Below the pieces are notes generated by a model. That model was not told the DNA's origin. It saw nothing but the letters and a program-made list of their open reading frames with translations, and did no database searches. Shown here one piece after another: positions 27,561-43,195 of a DNA stretch of 64,000 nucleotides (position 1 is the first letter of the stretch; each line of letters begins with the position of its first letter). The stretch is taken from assembly GCF_009914755.1 (NCBI RefSeq), contig NC_060944.1; one strand, 5' to 3'. The position numbers and the translations under genes were made by a program. The DNA is from the human T2T-CHM13v2.0 reference genome, Homo sapiens.

Positions 27561-29802
27561 TGTCCATATTCTGAAAAATATGCGCATGACTTAACACCAG
27601 AAAATAGAATAGCAACAGATCTGGATAGTACATTTCAGCAGATGGATCAGAGTTAGGATCTGGCTTTGCTAACTTCTAACGTGTGGGTTACTTGGGCTGG
27701 TTACCTATCCTGTCTCAGCCTCAGCTTTCTTATCTGTAAAATGGGTTTGACAGATGTGACACATAATGTTAGATATTTTTTGTTTGCCCAGAATCTGTTC
27801 CCCCCTTTTCCTGATGTATCATCCCTTGCTTGTTTGGAAAACTGCTCCTGCCTTACTCCACATGCTGCTGCTGTGCTCCAGCTGTTCATTAGAATCACAG
27901 TAACCTCCACAGTGGTGAGTGTCTAACCCAGACTCACATATGATCAGAATTTTCTCCAGATTTTTCTAATTTGGAGAGCAAGTTCTCTTTTCCTTGGGTC
28001 ATGAGTTTTATGACTGTAAGGTAGGACTGTCAGCAGCTATTTTGCATGCTACCTGGAGAATGTCTTTCTGAATTTAGCACAACAAAGAAAGCAGCAGTAG
28101 GAGTCCTGGTGGCCAAGCCCCCACTTTATGGCTCTGTTCTGGGTCTTCAAGTCTTTGCCTTTGCAGCCATTTTTCTAGCAAAGATTTTTTTCTTTTTCTT
28201 GAGCTGGTTTTAGTTGGGTTTTTGTGAGTTGCAACCAATACAGCACAACTAATACAAAGTCTGTTGCTAGGATTATTGCTACTGTCATTTCTGTCATCTG
28301 GAATACCCACTACTCACCTGCCCATCCTGCTCCTCCACCCCTTAGAGATTGTCCTCTCTTTTTCACTCTCATGATTTTAGCCCCTGATTTATTGTATGCC
28401 TCAGGTTGTTAGCTCATAAGCATCTCTGAGGTTGCCTGCATAACTTTAACACATAGTAGGTGCCCACAACTGTAAAAATCAGAACTTGAAGGGACCTTGG
28501 AAATCATCAAGTTAAAGAGAAATAGAACGAAAGAGGGAAGGAGAGAAATAAATCATCAAGTCTGTAGAGTGGAGATACTGAGGTCCAGGCTCAAGTGGCT
28601 TCTTGCCTGTGTCAGAGACATGGCTAGATTCCATGCTCATCTCTTTAGTCCACTGTGCTTGACTTTTTGCCCTGCTTGGACACTGAATACCAAGACAAAA
28701 TAAAAAAAAACATATCAACAGTGGGATTATTTATGTCTCAGTTGAGTTTTAGAGCTGGTTGACAAGAGAAAAGATGCAGAAGAATTTTTCTGTTGCTGCT
28801 GTTGTATGTCTATTTTTTACTTTTAGTTTTCTAATTTAAGCCCCAATTTCCTTCCTAATGGTGCAATTAAAATCACTGAAGCTCCAGTGGAAACTGGAAC
28901 CCATCTCGTTAGACAAGACTGAAAATCAAGGAGAGGCAAAGGAGAGAGTCGCTGAACTGCATGTACCTCTAACGGTGCAAGCAGAACAGCTTCTACCTTT
29001 GAATAAAACCCAGAGATGATGTCCTGAGGTGGTGGCAGAGCCTCCTGCTTGCCTTCCTTAGCCTTCAGGAGCTGCTCTCCCAGCCCATAAAACCCAGATC
29101 AACTCTAAAATATGCTGTTTTCATGGAGATGGTTTAGTGCTTGAGATTTCTTGCCAGTTCGGAAGCAGGAGGTCCTCAATGGGGGGACCAAGAGGACATC
29201 TGTCCCTACCAGAGTGTTGTGTTCTGGAGACAGCTGAAACCAATGACCTCCAAGCCCTGGAAACTCCATCATCACTTCCCTATGACCTGAAATGTTGACT
29301 CAGCACCTCGGCATTAATGATGCCTTATGCTTTATTTCTAAATCATGCTTTATTCTGGCCACAGGAGGGAAACTACAAAACGAAAAGGTATCAACAGACA
29401 TGTTTAAGCTGCTTGGGATTTGTTGCGGGAAGTAGGAAACTTGTAAAAGGCTTATTTGAATCCTGAGAGGAAACATGTAGTATAAAGAGCACAGGCTTTG
29501 GAATCAAAGCAGGGATGCTGGAGGTCCCTCCTGTGTGACCTCAAGCAAGTTACTTAACCTCTCCGAGGCTGTTCTTATTCTATTGCAGTTATTCTATTGT
29601 ATAGAGCAATAATGTTCCCAGGAGTGGCATGTTCTGCAACTTAACAGTTCTGAAGTGTTGAACTTGACTGCTTTTAGATCCTGTCCAGCATGTTTAGTGG
29701 TAGTAAAGACCATGGTGAAAATAATTGTGCTCAGCCGAAATGAGAGAACTGAAGGTTGTATAGATGATCAGGGTTCATCTCTCCACAGGCAGCCTCCCTT
29801 CA

Positions 29803-30126
<324 letters not shown>

Positions 30127-30256
30127 CTATCATCTTTAAGGGTTTGCCTGTTTCTTCACCCTTCCCTCTCTCTCCCTTTCTTAATGCCTCCCTGAGGTTC
30201 AACTGTACATTTTTAACTTTTAAGAAATATTTCAAACATAATATATATATGTTTGT

Positions 30257-30257
<1 letters not shown>

Positions 30258-30287
<30 letters not shown>
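30258..30287. repeat. (CA)n microsatellite
   Basis: Direct reading. Confidence 0.95.
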
Positions 30288-30289
<2 letters not shown>

Positions 30290-30836
30290 TAAGACATCTG
30301 GGTACAAGAATCCTGCACATTTTGTTTCAGAACTTGTACATATTTACTTCAGAATGTTTATTTAAAAAGGAAGTAGAACATTGCTGACAAAGTTATCCTG
30401 CTCATCCTTTCCCTGCCTGTTCCTACTCAGAGGTCACCAGAACTCTGCAGTTACTTCGTATCATTTCTTCCCCTGAGCCTGTACTTCTATTCATATGTAT
30501 GAGTTCCTTAACAGTATAAACTACTGTTATTTGTGTTTCAAAAATTTTCCTGTTTATTATCCTACTGTACATATCAATTGCAACTTCCTTTTTTTCCTCA
30601 CCCAACATTATGTTTTCCAGATTTATCCATTTTGATTCATATGCGCTATTCCTTTTACTTTAAATGTTGTGTGAATAAACCACAGTTTATTCTACTGAGA
30701 AATATTTAGGTTGTTCTACTTTTCTCTATTATATAAATTGCAGCAATAAACACTCAATGTATCTTTTTGGTCACAGCTGTGAGAATAGCTTCAGTCTGGA
30801 CGTCTGGAAGTAGAATTGCTCTGTTGTGAGGCAGAT

Positions 30837-32876
30837 TGTATTAGTCCATTCTCATGCTGCTAATAAAGACCTACCCAAGACTGGGTAATTTATAAAGGAA
30901 AGAGGTTTAATTAACTCACAGTTCTGCAGGGCTGGGGAAGCCTCAGGAAACTTACAATCATGGCATAAGGGGAAGCAGACATATCCTTCTTCACATGGTG
31001 ACAGCAAGGAGAAGTGCAGAGTGAAGTAGGGGGAAAGCCCTTATAAAACCATCTGATTTTGTGAGAACTCTCACTATCATGAGAACAGCATAGAAGTAAC
31101 TGTCCCCCATGATTCAATTATCTTCCACAGGGTCCCTCCCATGACACATGGAGATTATGGGAACTACAGTTCAAGATGAGGTTTGAGTGGGGACACAGCC
31201 AAACCATATCATTCCACCCCGGCCTCTCCCAGATCTTATGTCCTCACATTTCAAAACACAATGATGCCTTCCCAACAGTCTCCCAAAATCTTAACTAATT
31301 CCAGCATTGACTCAAACGTCAAAGTCCAAAGTCTTATCTGAGACAAGACAGGTCCCTTCCACCTATGAGCCTGTAAAATCAAAAGCAAGTCAGTTACTTC
31401 CTAGATACAATGGGGGTACAGGCATTGGGTAAATACACCCATTCCAAATGGGAGAAATTGGCCAAAACAAAGGGATTGCTGGTCCCATGCAAGTCCAAAA
31501 TCCAATAGGGCAGTCATTTAACCTTAAAGTTACAAAATGATCTCCTTTAACTCCATGTTAAAGGTCCCATCCAAGTCCAAAATCCAGTAGGGCAGTCATT
31601 AAACCTTAAAGTTCCAAAATGATCTTGTTTGACTCCATGTCCCCCATCCAGGTCATGACAGTACAAGAGGTGGACTCCCACAGTCTTGGGCAGCTCCGCT
31701 CCTGTGGCTTTGCAGGATACAGCCCCACTCCAAGCTGCTTTCATGGGCTGGCATTGAGTGTCTGTGGCTTTTCCAGGCACATGGTGCAAGCTGTTGGTGG
31801 ATCTGCTGGCATCTGGAGGGTGGTGGCCTTCTCACAGCTCCACTAGGCAGTGCCCCAGTGGGGACTCAATGTGGGGGCTCCAACCCCACATTTCTCTTCG
31901 GCACTGCCCTAGCAGAGGTTCTCCACGGGGGCTCCACCCCTGGAGCAGACTTCTACCTGGACATCCAGGCAATTCCATACATCCTCTGAAATCTAGGCAG
32001 AGATTCCCAAACCTCAATTCTTGACTTGTGTGCATCCACAGGCGCAGCACCACGTGGAAGCTGCCAAAGCTTGGGGCTTGCACCCTCTGGAGCTACTGTC
32101 TGAGCTGTACCTTGGGAATGGCTGGAATGCAGGGTACCAAGTCCTGGGGCTGCACACAGCAGGGGGGCCCTGGACCAGGCCCAGGAAATCATTTTTCCCT
32201 CCTAGGCCTCTGGTCCTGTGATTGGAGGGGCTGCCATGTTCTCTGACATGTCCTGGAGAAATTTTCCCCATTGTCTTGGTGATTAGCATGTGGCTCCTCG
32301 TTACTTATGCAAATTTCTGCTGCCAGTGAATTTATCCCCAGAAAATAATGGGTTTTTCTTTTCTACTGCATCATCAGGATGCAAACTTTTCAAACTTTTA
32401 TGCTCTGCTTCCTCTTGAATGCTTTACTACTTAGAAATTTCTTCTGCCAGATACCCTAAATCATCTCCCTCAAGTTCAAAGTTCCACAGATCTCTAGGCC
32501 AGGGGCAAAATACTGCCAGTCTCTTTGCATAGCAAGAGTGACCTTTACTCCAGTTCCCAACAAGTCCCTTATCTCTATCTGAGACCACCTCAGCCTGGAC
32601 TTTATTGCCATTATCACTGTCAGCATTTTGGTCAAAGCCATTCAACAAGTCTCTAGGAAATTCCAAACTTTCCCACATCTTCCTGTCTTCTGAGCCCTCC
32701 AAGTCTCTAGGAAGTTCCAAACTTTCTGACATTTTCCTGTCTTCTTCTGAGCCTTTTAAACTGTTTCAACCTCTGCTTGTTACCCAGTTCCAAATCACTT
32801 CCACATTTTTGGGTATCTTTACAGCAGCACCCCACTGCTTGGTACCAATATACTGTATTAGTCTTTTCTTACACTG
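30837..32876 (-). mobile_element. THE1 (MaLR) retroelement: full LTR 30837-31211, internal region, ~23-bp stub of the second LTR at 32854
   Basis: tgtattagtccattctcatgctgct...acacagccaaaccatatca, THE1-int text, then tgtattagtc again; inserted in old L1M sequence. Confidence 0.92.
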
Positions 32877-35800
32877 GTGTTATCTATCTGTATTTTTCTT
32901 ATTGATTCTGGATTCTACTTATCAGTTATACACATTGCAAATATATTCTCCCAGGCTTTTAACTTTGTTCATAGTTTCTGCTTTGCATCTTGTTTTCTAA
33001 TTTTTTTTTGGTGGCATTTTTCTTTTTATCTTTTTTGTAATGATTCTTTTTCTTAATGATTTTTATCTTAAGAATGATTTAATCTGATATTCATAGAGCC
33101 ATACTGGCTCTCTTTTCTTTTGCAATTGTTGGAAGTATCTTTTTCTATGCCTTTATTTTCAACCTTTCTGTGACCTTGTGTTTTGGGAATATCAGTTATA
33201 CGTATCATATAACTAGGTTAATTTTAAAATTCAGTTTGAGTCTTTGAGCTGTTCTATTTTGCCTAAGAACACTTATTGTCCTTACTGACATATTTGTGTT
33301 TATTATTTTGGGTCCTTCGATTTACTGTGCTGCTTTGCTTTCTTGCTTCCTCCCTTCCCTCAGTTTACTACAACATATTGTCTTTCTTTTTTTCTACTTT
33401 TACTAAGTATCCTGAATTTTTCCCTTTTTTGGGGTTACCCTTAAAATTTCAATATTTATTATTGATATTAAGACTAAAAGTAATCCGTTTTTCTTTATGA
33501 CACAAAGTCTCAGAAATGCTTTACTCTAATCATCCTTTAATCTTGCAAATAATTATTGTTTAGAATATTAGTTTCACTTTTCAATGCCCTCAAATTCATC
33601 CTCTCCATCATCATCATTACTATGGTTACTTTTAATCATTGTTTCGTTTTGCCCATGTGTTTACCAATTTCTGTCTCACTCTTGCTTCTTGAATTTCCCT
33701 TCTATATTTTGCTATAATTTTTTCCCTCGGATTGCACCTTTTGTTAGTTCCTTCGGTAGAACATCCCACTCATGGGCATTGAAATCTGATTCTAAAGTGT
33801 CTAGGACCCATGCCATAGACCCTCTCCTTCCTGGTCAGCTTGGTACCGTCTCTCTTGCCACCTAGTTTGTAGCTCAGTCTTCAGTTCTGACATCTGAAGA
33901 GTCTCTCCTTTCTTTCTTTTAAGCTCAACTATTTATTTTAAATATTTATTTGCCTCTTTTATTTGTGGGGAGAGAGGTGTTTAATGGACTCAGCAGGACA
34001 GCTCTAGGGACATCAGACATAATTTTAGAGTTTTTTATCAGAAGAAACAGGAAATACAAATATGTATAGAATGATAACTCCATTTCAGGTTTATAGAATA
34101 TATCAGAGCCTTCCTCCCAATACTTATATCACTATAAAATGTAAACTACAAATTACCAAATTTTTAATTCTTATTTTTTTGACTGGTTGTGAATTTATAT
34201 ATTGATTTATTCAATTTATTTTATGTTATTCAAATTACAGAACACATGCTGGCTGTGTAAAGGAAAAGCTAATTATTCCCTGCATTCTCCAAGCTTCTGC
34301 ATCCCCCGCCCCACCAAGATAACCAGTGTTGCCAGCCTGCTGAACATTTCTTCTTGCAGTTCTCCCTGTGAGAGAAGGTATACAAATGCATCTCCACAAA
34401 TGCAGTAGTGTGTTTGTTTCTTTAGCCAAACAGAATATGTGACTTGCTTTATTCAGTTAAGAGTATTTTATTATCCAGTATTCCTAAGAATTGTTAGCTT
34501 GACAACTGTCAGATGATCTTCCTCCATCATTTTGCAGAACCCAAGTCACCCATTTTCTTTCCATCCTTATGGATTCTGATCTTGAACTAACTCTCCCATG
34601 TCTAACTTTTCCCTTTGGACTTGAACCTTATCCTTGTGTTCTGGGGTAGTCCTTTATGCATGATCCACCAAAACTTGAGTTCAAAAGTCCACCCATACAA
34701 ACACAGGTTGAGAACTGAATTAGCAATAACTCTCATGGAAAAAAATCGAGGCTGGTCACAGTAGGGTCAATGCAAATCCACAGTGTCACTAGGCTGCAAG
34801 ATGATACTAGGCTGAGAAAACATAATTTTGAAACCATGAAAGTCTAGCTCAACTGTCTGATTGCTGTGGCTGAAGACAGACCTAGGATCTATTGGTCCAA
34901 GAATCAGTCTAGGACAATGATGCTTCACTTTGGCTGAACATCCAAATCATTTACAAAACTTTAAAAAATACAGATTTCTAGGCCCAATCCTTATATATTT
35001 TGACAATTTGTCTGGATTTGGGGCCCAGGTATTGTCATGAATTGATTCTAATGCTTAGCCCATGTTGAGATAGGATAAAACCCAGGATAGCATGCTGACT
35101 CACCATCAGAGGTAGTCTCTTTGGGACCATGTGTTCTCAAACTAATCATTGGAGATATCTAGATTTAGCTATGGTATAGTGAAAAGGGCTTTTGATGTGG
35201 AATTAGCAGATTTGGTATCTAGCCACAGTTTGCCACTTACTTACTGTGTGACCTTGAACAAATCGTTTTCCTCTCTGAATCTGTTTTCTCATCTGTAAAC
35301 ATGGAGATTTATGATCTGTGTTTCACACAGTGGTTGTTAGGATCAAAAGACAAAATGTTCTTGCAACTATTTTTTTGTAAGTTGTAGGGCTCTTTAGAAA
35401 TGTTGAATAAGAGGTCTTTTCTAGGTCTAAGGCTTGTTGGTTCTCTAAATAGCGATTGACCTTTTCTATCATGTAGGCCTGTGAATCCAGTGGAAAAAAT
35501 GTGAAATATTATTCTGAGTGTTTTGATTTTCTGAAATGCTTCCTTCAAAAACTCTCCAAGGCCAGTAATTTAGGCCAGATTTAGCAGAGTAACTGAAATA
35601 ATGAAAGTAATTATCCAGGTCATTCTGGTCCCTGGATTATTTTCCCTGAGAAATATCCAAATAATTTAATGCAAGAGAAATTCTGAATTAAAACTGTCTA
35701 CATTGTTGATGTAGTTCCCTTCTTGCTTCTAATATAAGTGAGGAGTTTCTAAAAGAGAATTTAGGCCTTTGAATGAGGGTCTATATGAAAGGGTACAAAT

Positions 35801-36034
35801 GCTATGAGTAAACTTGCCTTTTCAAGTGGTTTAGTCTCATAGTCAAACTATTTAAATATTATGAAAGAGAGTAAAAAACCCATGAAAATTTAAATATCAT
35901 TCTGAGAATGCTTTATTTTGCAGTACCATATAATTTCAATACGCCAAATACATTTTAGAGTAACAATTATATTCTTCACTCAGGCGTAAGATCACCTGAG
36001 TTTGTGGATGTTTCTCAAGAAGTTGTCGTCGTAG

Positions 36035-36468
<434 letters not shown>

Positions 36469-38424
36469 ATTCTCTGTTCTTTTAAAAGTAATTTCATCGT
36501 TGGTCCTCTTTAGCCATGTAAATTTCTTCCGCTATTCCCTTAAAAAATAAAAATAGTAGAAATAGTGTGTTTCTCTTCTTCTACAAACTGAATCACAGTT
36601 GTAAGTTGTCCTGTGAAGATAAATGGACAAAACTATCATTTCATCCTTGTCTTAAAAGACAATCAGGTGTACAACATAAAGGAATCAGTCTCCTCCCTCT
36701 TGCCATTGTCAACATGGTGTCTCTGAATGAAAGAGTGGCTTCCAAGGAGACAGTTTTGGCCAGTGAGTTTGTGCATGGCCCTCTTCTTTCCTTAGACGAT
36801 CTCGAAGGTCATGAAAGACCTGTAGCTCTTTCCTCTTTTTATCATTCAGAAAACATCAGAACGAGGTTTCTTCTTTCCACCTCTATTTGTGTATGTGTGA
36901 TCAGCCGGGAAGAAAATGAGCATTCTTTGAGCTACTACCTGCATTGCGTTGGGAGTTTGCATAGACAATATTAATCTTCACAAACCTTCTGTAAGGTAGA
37001 TGTTGTCATGCCCATTTTAATGATGAGGGAGCTGAAGTTTAGAGACATTGCATAACTTGGCTAAAGCCATGGGCTGATAACCAGATGAGTGGGTATGTAT
37101 GACTCTAGGGCCAGCGTTTTGCCCCTTAGGTCAAGGGGAAAAGTCAAGGAGTGTATATTTTCTGAGCCAAAATTCAGATGCTAGAGTTGCATTTGGCATA
37201 AAGGGTATGAGATATTTGTAATTGGGGCTTTCATAGCAAAGTAGGAAGTTGATGAGGTGTGTTTCAGTGCTGGCTTAACTTACTATTCTTTGTCTTTCTC
37301 AGCTCAGGTTGACTGGGTCTAAGATGAGTCTCACCTGTAAGCACAGAGCAAATTTGATTGCAAAGATGAATGTTAGTGGGAACATCTGAGTAGCAATGAG
37401 GCATGCATGCTATGACCTGTTTTACCTGGAGACTGTGATTATTATCAACACAAATCTGATATCATGTTGATTACTTCATTCATTCACTTAACATTTACCA
37501 AGGATCTACCATAAATCAGATAATGTTGAAGATTCTGGAGAGAGAGTGATGAACAAGACAGAAATCTTTACATTTATTGAGTACAAGACAGATGATATGA
37601 GGATAAATAGATAATACCCATCCTCAAAGGTTTTACAATCAAGTTGAAAAATCAAACATATTTTCAGTTCACTTGATTAGTAGGTAATGAAACTAAGTGC
37701 TAGAGGCACAAGTAAATAGCTAATGGAGCACAGAATAGGATGGTGAAAGGCCATAGTTAAGTTTTACAGTACAGGTTCAGGAAATGTGTTGGGGCTAGCA
37801 TATTTTAACTATGCCTTAAATCATGGGAATGGAGAAAAGAGAAGTGTTCAGGACTCCACCACAGAATCTTGGACACCTCTAAGAGTAGTTTGAAGTATAA
37901 TCCTAATATATCCCAGGGTTCCAAATGGACCAGTCGCCCACGGTGTTACATTCCCAGGAACAGTCGAGGAAGCAAAAATTGATTATGAATATTTCAAGCC
38001 AATTCCTCAAGGAAAAGAGCACGAGGAGCACAGGCAGGTTTCTATGGGCAACATAAGAAGGTGGCTCATATTCCACTGGCTGGAACTCAGTCATGTGGTG
38101 TTCTAGGTGGGGTTCTTCAGAAGCAGGCCTTGAGATGAGGATTAGTACATGGGAATTGCTCCCAGGAGAAGCCAGCAAAGCAGCAGAACTGGGAAGTGGA
38201 AGAGGGCAAGCATGGTGTAATTTCAGGCAAAGTCCCAGAGCTGGCTTGATTCTGTGGGGAGCTCTGGGAGATGAATTAGGTCCCACCTCAAGGCAAGGGG
38301 TCTGGGCTTTCATATTCTGGTTAAGGGCTGCCCCAGGGCAGGGGGGTACAGATGCCCAGACATGTCTGGCTCTCTGAAAGTACAAGGCTCCATTAGCCAA
38401 GGGCAGGCTTCAAAGTCACAGGTA

Positions 38425-38709
38425 CCGCCGGGCGTGGTAGCTCACGCCCGTATTCTCAGCACTTTGGGAGGTCGAGGCGGGTGGATCACTTGAGGTCTGG
38501 AGTTCAAGACCAGCCTGGTCAACATGGTGAAACCCCGCCTCTACTAAAAAAAAACAAAAAATTAGCCAGGTGTGGTGGTGCGTGCCTGTAATCCCAGCTA
38601 CTTGGGAGGCTGAGAAAGGAGAATCGCTTGAACCCAGAGGCAGAGGTTGCAGTGAGCCAAGATTGTGCTATTGCACTCCAGCCTGGGTGACAGCACGAGA
38701 CATTGTCTC

Positions 38710-38736
<27 letters not shown>
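38425..38736 (+). mobile_element. AluS inserted in an ERVL LTR-like fragment
   Basis: Full dimer, long A tail, TSD aaag(t/g)cacag(g/t)t. Confidence 0.93.
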
Positions 38737-38740
<4 letters not shown>

Positions 38741-39834
38741 CAGTTGCAAACCCTTGGAATCAGAGCACTCCAAAACAGGAGGATAGGCAGACAGAAATTG
38801 AATCTAGGGAGACTGAGCAAAGCACAGATAGTGTCCACTCCATGTGGCTACATGGAATTACAAGGGAGGCTGGCAAATGTAATCTAGCAGTAGCCTCAGG
38901 AAGAAGAGAAAAACGTGGATCTTGGTAAAATACAGCAGTGCCTTCCTCACCTTTGTTTGTACCTGATACTCAGCCCAAATCTCTTTCTTTTTCTCTGAAT
39001 ACAGTAAACACAGCACAGATGACTATTTCATCACACTTCCATGGGTGTGCATGGGTGTGGGGGACAGGGGTGATATGGGAGTAGGAAGGGTGGATGCCTC
39101 CATATATTCTGAGTAAAATAAAAATTGTACGACTTAGCTCCTGTCTATAGTGATATAAACTTCAAAAAGCATTACCATCACTTAACGTCTTTCTTTTGTT
39201 CTGCCATGGGAATCCCCCTACCTGCTAACATAATGACCTTGGAGAACTTTCTGGGCCTGGGAGTGTGGGTCCCTGGGAAGGGCTCTGGCTCCCATAGCCA
39301 ATGACACAAAGCCTGAGCTCCTTGTTCTGGTTCCTGCTGACCTCCTTGGCCTCATCTCCCACCAGCCTCCTCTCCCTCTGAACATCCAGCCATTCCTGAG
39401 CACATCTGACTGCTCCCGTTTCAAGGACCTCCTTTTTTCTACCTGGAAAGCCCACTGTCTTCCTTGTTGGCCTGTTGAACTTCTCTTCTCTTAAAGCCCA
39501 GCTCAGAAGTCACCTCCAAACACACTTTCCCAAGCTTGCATGGATAACCTCTCTTTATTTTAGCAATAAAAATAATAAAATAGTTACTATTTAGTAAACA
39601 TATACTCCGTACCTTATAAACATTATCTTTCACACTAACCTGGAAAAGGAAATGCTGTTATTTGTGTTTCACAGGTGGTGGAGAGGTTGGGCAGTCAAAT
39701 TGGATGGCAGTACTCTGCTCAAGAGTGGCAGGCTAAAAAATCTAGAATATGATTGTATTTATTTTTTAGGGTATCATCAAAATGAAAATATACAAACATG
39801 CATATACGTACAAGCATACAAATAATACATATGC

Positions 39835-39882
<48 letters not shown>

Positions 39883-39893
39883 GTCTATCTATC
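39835..39893. repeat. (TCTA)n / GATA tetranucleotide STR
   Basis: Direct reading. Confidence 0.95.
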
Positions 39894-40137
39894 TCTTCCT
39901 TTTTTCCTATCTACCTACCTACTTGAGAATTTGAGAATCCCCTTCTGATTGAGAAATAACATTCCTGGCACATCGCCTTCCTCTGTCTTCTGTCAAGCCC
40001 ACCATGTCTCTGTATCTGTCTTTCATTGTCTTTGTGTGTCTCTCTCTCTGCTCCTTCTCTTGCTCCTCTACCCTATCCTTTCCTCTTCCCTTCCTTTGTG
40101 GCCCCAAAGCCTGCATGCTTCTTGTTCTGCAGTGCCT

Positions 40138-40191
40138 GTTCAAACTCCTAGCAAGGTTCAAACTCCTAGCAAGGTTCAAACTCCTAGCAAG
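40138..40191. repeat. Perfect 18-bp tandem triplication (gttcaaactcctagcaag)x3
   Basis: Direct reading; ORF shows VQTPSK x3. Confidence 0.95.
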
Positions 40192-40594
40192 GCAGGATGT
40201 GCCATGTGACCCTAGTTTTTGCAGATAAATAGCTTATTTAAATCGGAAACCAGACTCTAATCCCTTCTGTGGGCTGGGTTGATGGATGGACGCAATTACA
40301 GTCAGTTTTCTTCCATTAGGGCCCTGCTGGCCCCAGGTACTGGCAGCTCTCTATGGGACTGGTTAGTTATGGTTGGAATAGCAATGGTAAAGGCCCAAAG
40401 TGGTGGGGCTTGGCAGCAGACCTCAGAGACTGAGCACTGAGACTTGGCAGTTGCCAGGGTTCAATACATTCCTGTTGGAGCTTGTTTGGCTTGGTCCCTT
40501 ACCCTGGGGCCTTGCACCTGCAGAGTTGTGCACTGTTTAGGGGCTTCCTGCCTATGTGAGGGTGCCCACAGGCTTTGAGTGCCTTTCTAATGGC

Positions 40595-41030
40595 CAGGAG
40601 TTTGAGCTCTGGAGTCAGACTGCGTGGATTCAGCTCTTGGGCCTCTACCAGGAGACTTCCCAGGTGACTTTGGGCAAAGAATTCCTCTCTGTGTTTCAGT
40701 TTCCTCATCTATAAAATGGGGACAAAAGTAAGACCTACCTCATAAGGTTGTTGTGAGTGTCAAATGATATAATTAAGGAAAAGTACTTAGCAGGGTCCCT
40801 GGCACATAGTAAGAACTCAAGAAATGCTAATTATGATCATGAGTGTCAGGTGTATTGCCTTCTTCAGCCCTCACAATCAGCCTGTAAGGTAGAAATTAAG
40901 TCCATTTTACAGTGGATGAAACAGAGGCTCAAACATATGAAATTACACAGGTGGAGGGTCAGGGAGCCAGGACTGGAGTTGAAGTATGTAAACCCTAAGC
41001 TCAATGCACCTTCTGCTGCCCTCTACTGGG
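40595..41030. mobile_element. Two MIR SINEs in opposite orientation (representative of ~20 MIR fragments in the window)
   Basis: MIR core tcagtttcctcatctataaaatgggg on +, and ccattttacag..gaaacagaggctc on -. Confidence 0.8.
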
Positions 41031-41691
41031 TGCCTTCTGGCCACCCTACTCTTTGCCTCATGATGATGTCAGAATTGAGGCACAATAGAATTGATGTCAC
41101 AGTCTTCTTTGTCCATGAACTTTTTGTTTCTGCCCACTGAATACAGGGTCTTAAATCCCACAGTTTTTTTGGAGTAGATTAGGCATGTTCAGGTACATAG
41201 TCCCAAAGAGGATGATGCTGTCATAGGACAGCCTGGCCTGGCACTTGGGGCCCTTGACTTCTCATTCTGGTTCTGCTACTAATGTTTTATGTAACCTTCA
41301 GAAACCCTTCCCCTCTCTGAGACTCAGTTTCCCTATATGGAAAATTGCCTTACCAATTCCCCTTCTAGGTATCTGTTAATTCTGTAGAAACACTCAAGCT
41401 CTGGGGGCACAGATGCATGTGCTAGGAGTGTTCAATGCAACACTGCTCATAATAGTCAAATATTGGAAACAATAATTATCCACCAAACTATTGTAGCAAA
41501 TAAAGACAATGAAGGGCAACTCTATGTACTGGCATGCAAATATGAGAAAACATGGAGAGATATATTGTTGAATACCAAGAGCAAGTGACAGGACTGTATA
41601 TCCAGCGTGAGTCTATTTATCTAAATAAAATTATCCCTGAACTCTACATATGTATAGGAATATATAGGCACATGCATTAAAAAAACTGTGA

Positions 41692-42115
<424 letters not shown>

Positions 42116-43195
42116 TAATGTTAATTTTTATGCTATTGCATTAATATATTGCTTGTTCAGTTTTTTTTTTTTTTTAAGTAGCAAATTGAAGGGACAGGAC
42201 CGAAGGATTGCTTCAGCTTTGATGACAGCCTAGATGGTCGTGGTCCTGTGTACACCTTCATCTTATTTCTCCTCACCCAGGGTCAGGAAGGGTCTCTGGG
42301 CAGTAAGGAGGATTCCAGGCCTCTGCTACTCATGACCATCTTTTCAGGGAGCCAGGCTGTCCTTGACTGGCTGCTTCAGGGCTTGGGGGATGAGTCAGAG
42401 GGACACAAAAGAACAAGGGGATTTCTCTCCAGTTTTCTTGACTTGGCCCTTTGAATCTGGTAGATCAGGAACTGGTCTGGTCAGTTGAGCCCTAGTGGCC
42501 ACGCAGGACACAGTTTGAAGTGTCAGACCAAATTTATTTATCTTCCCTAGTCTCCCGCAGTTTCTTCTGCTTACATTTCACAGAGGACTGTAAGAGCATG
42601 AGCTCCAGGAAAAAAGTACCTAAAGAGAAGCTCAGAGGAGAGTGCAGCTCTATTAACCAGTGTTTCTGACGATCTAAGACTGTTGGATTGCAGAAAAATC
42701 AATTGATTTCTCTTTTGTTTCACTTCAGTCTCTTCTTCACCTAAGAAATGATTTTGTTCAAGTTGTTTTCAATATCAGTATCATTGAGCCTAAAAAGGCC
42801 TCAATGGCTCATTGACTTGGTCTTCCAGGGAGGTACTCAAATATGAGGCACAATAATTTTCTAATAACACCCCAAATTAGTAAAAAGGGGAAACTGTAGC
42901 ACTATATTTTGTTTCATCCAGTTCTCAGAGTATGTTTACATTGGTCCTGAAAATAATTTTCCTTCTTGTAGGATGTCCTGCTGTGTAAAAGTTCTTTAAG
43001 GAACACATGGGTAGAAAAACTGAGACTGATGACTACCTGGCAATCGATTTGTTAAAGGAAAGGAGGAAAGAGGTGAAAGCATCTCAAAAGCCATGGCCAG
43101 GTGTAAATTCGTATTTGAATTTATTTCATAAGTTTCCAAGCCTCTCTCCCCAAGCCTATTGTTTTCCTCTCCTTCTTTCTTAACAGCATTCTTCT

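Noticed and set aside
31547-33000. Cluster of overlapping ORFs
   Set aside because: THE1 internal sequence with fragmented frames
37903-38400. 165-aa ORF
   Set aside because: Lies in LTR-like repeat sequence; no recognisable homology or splice context
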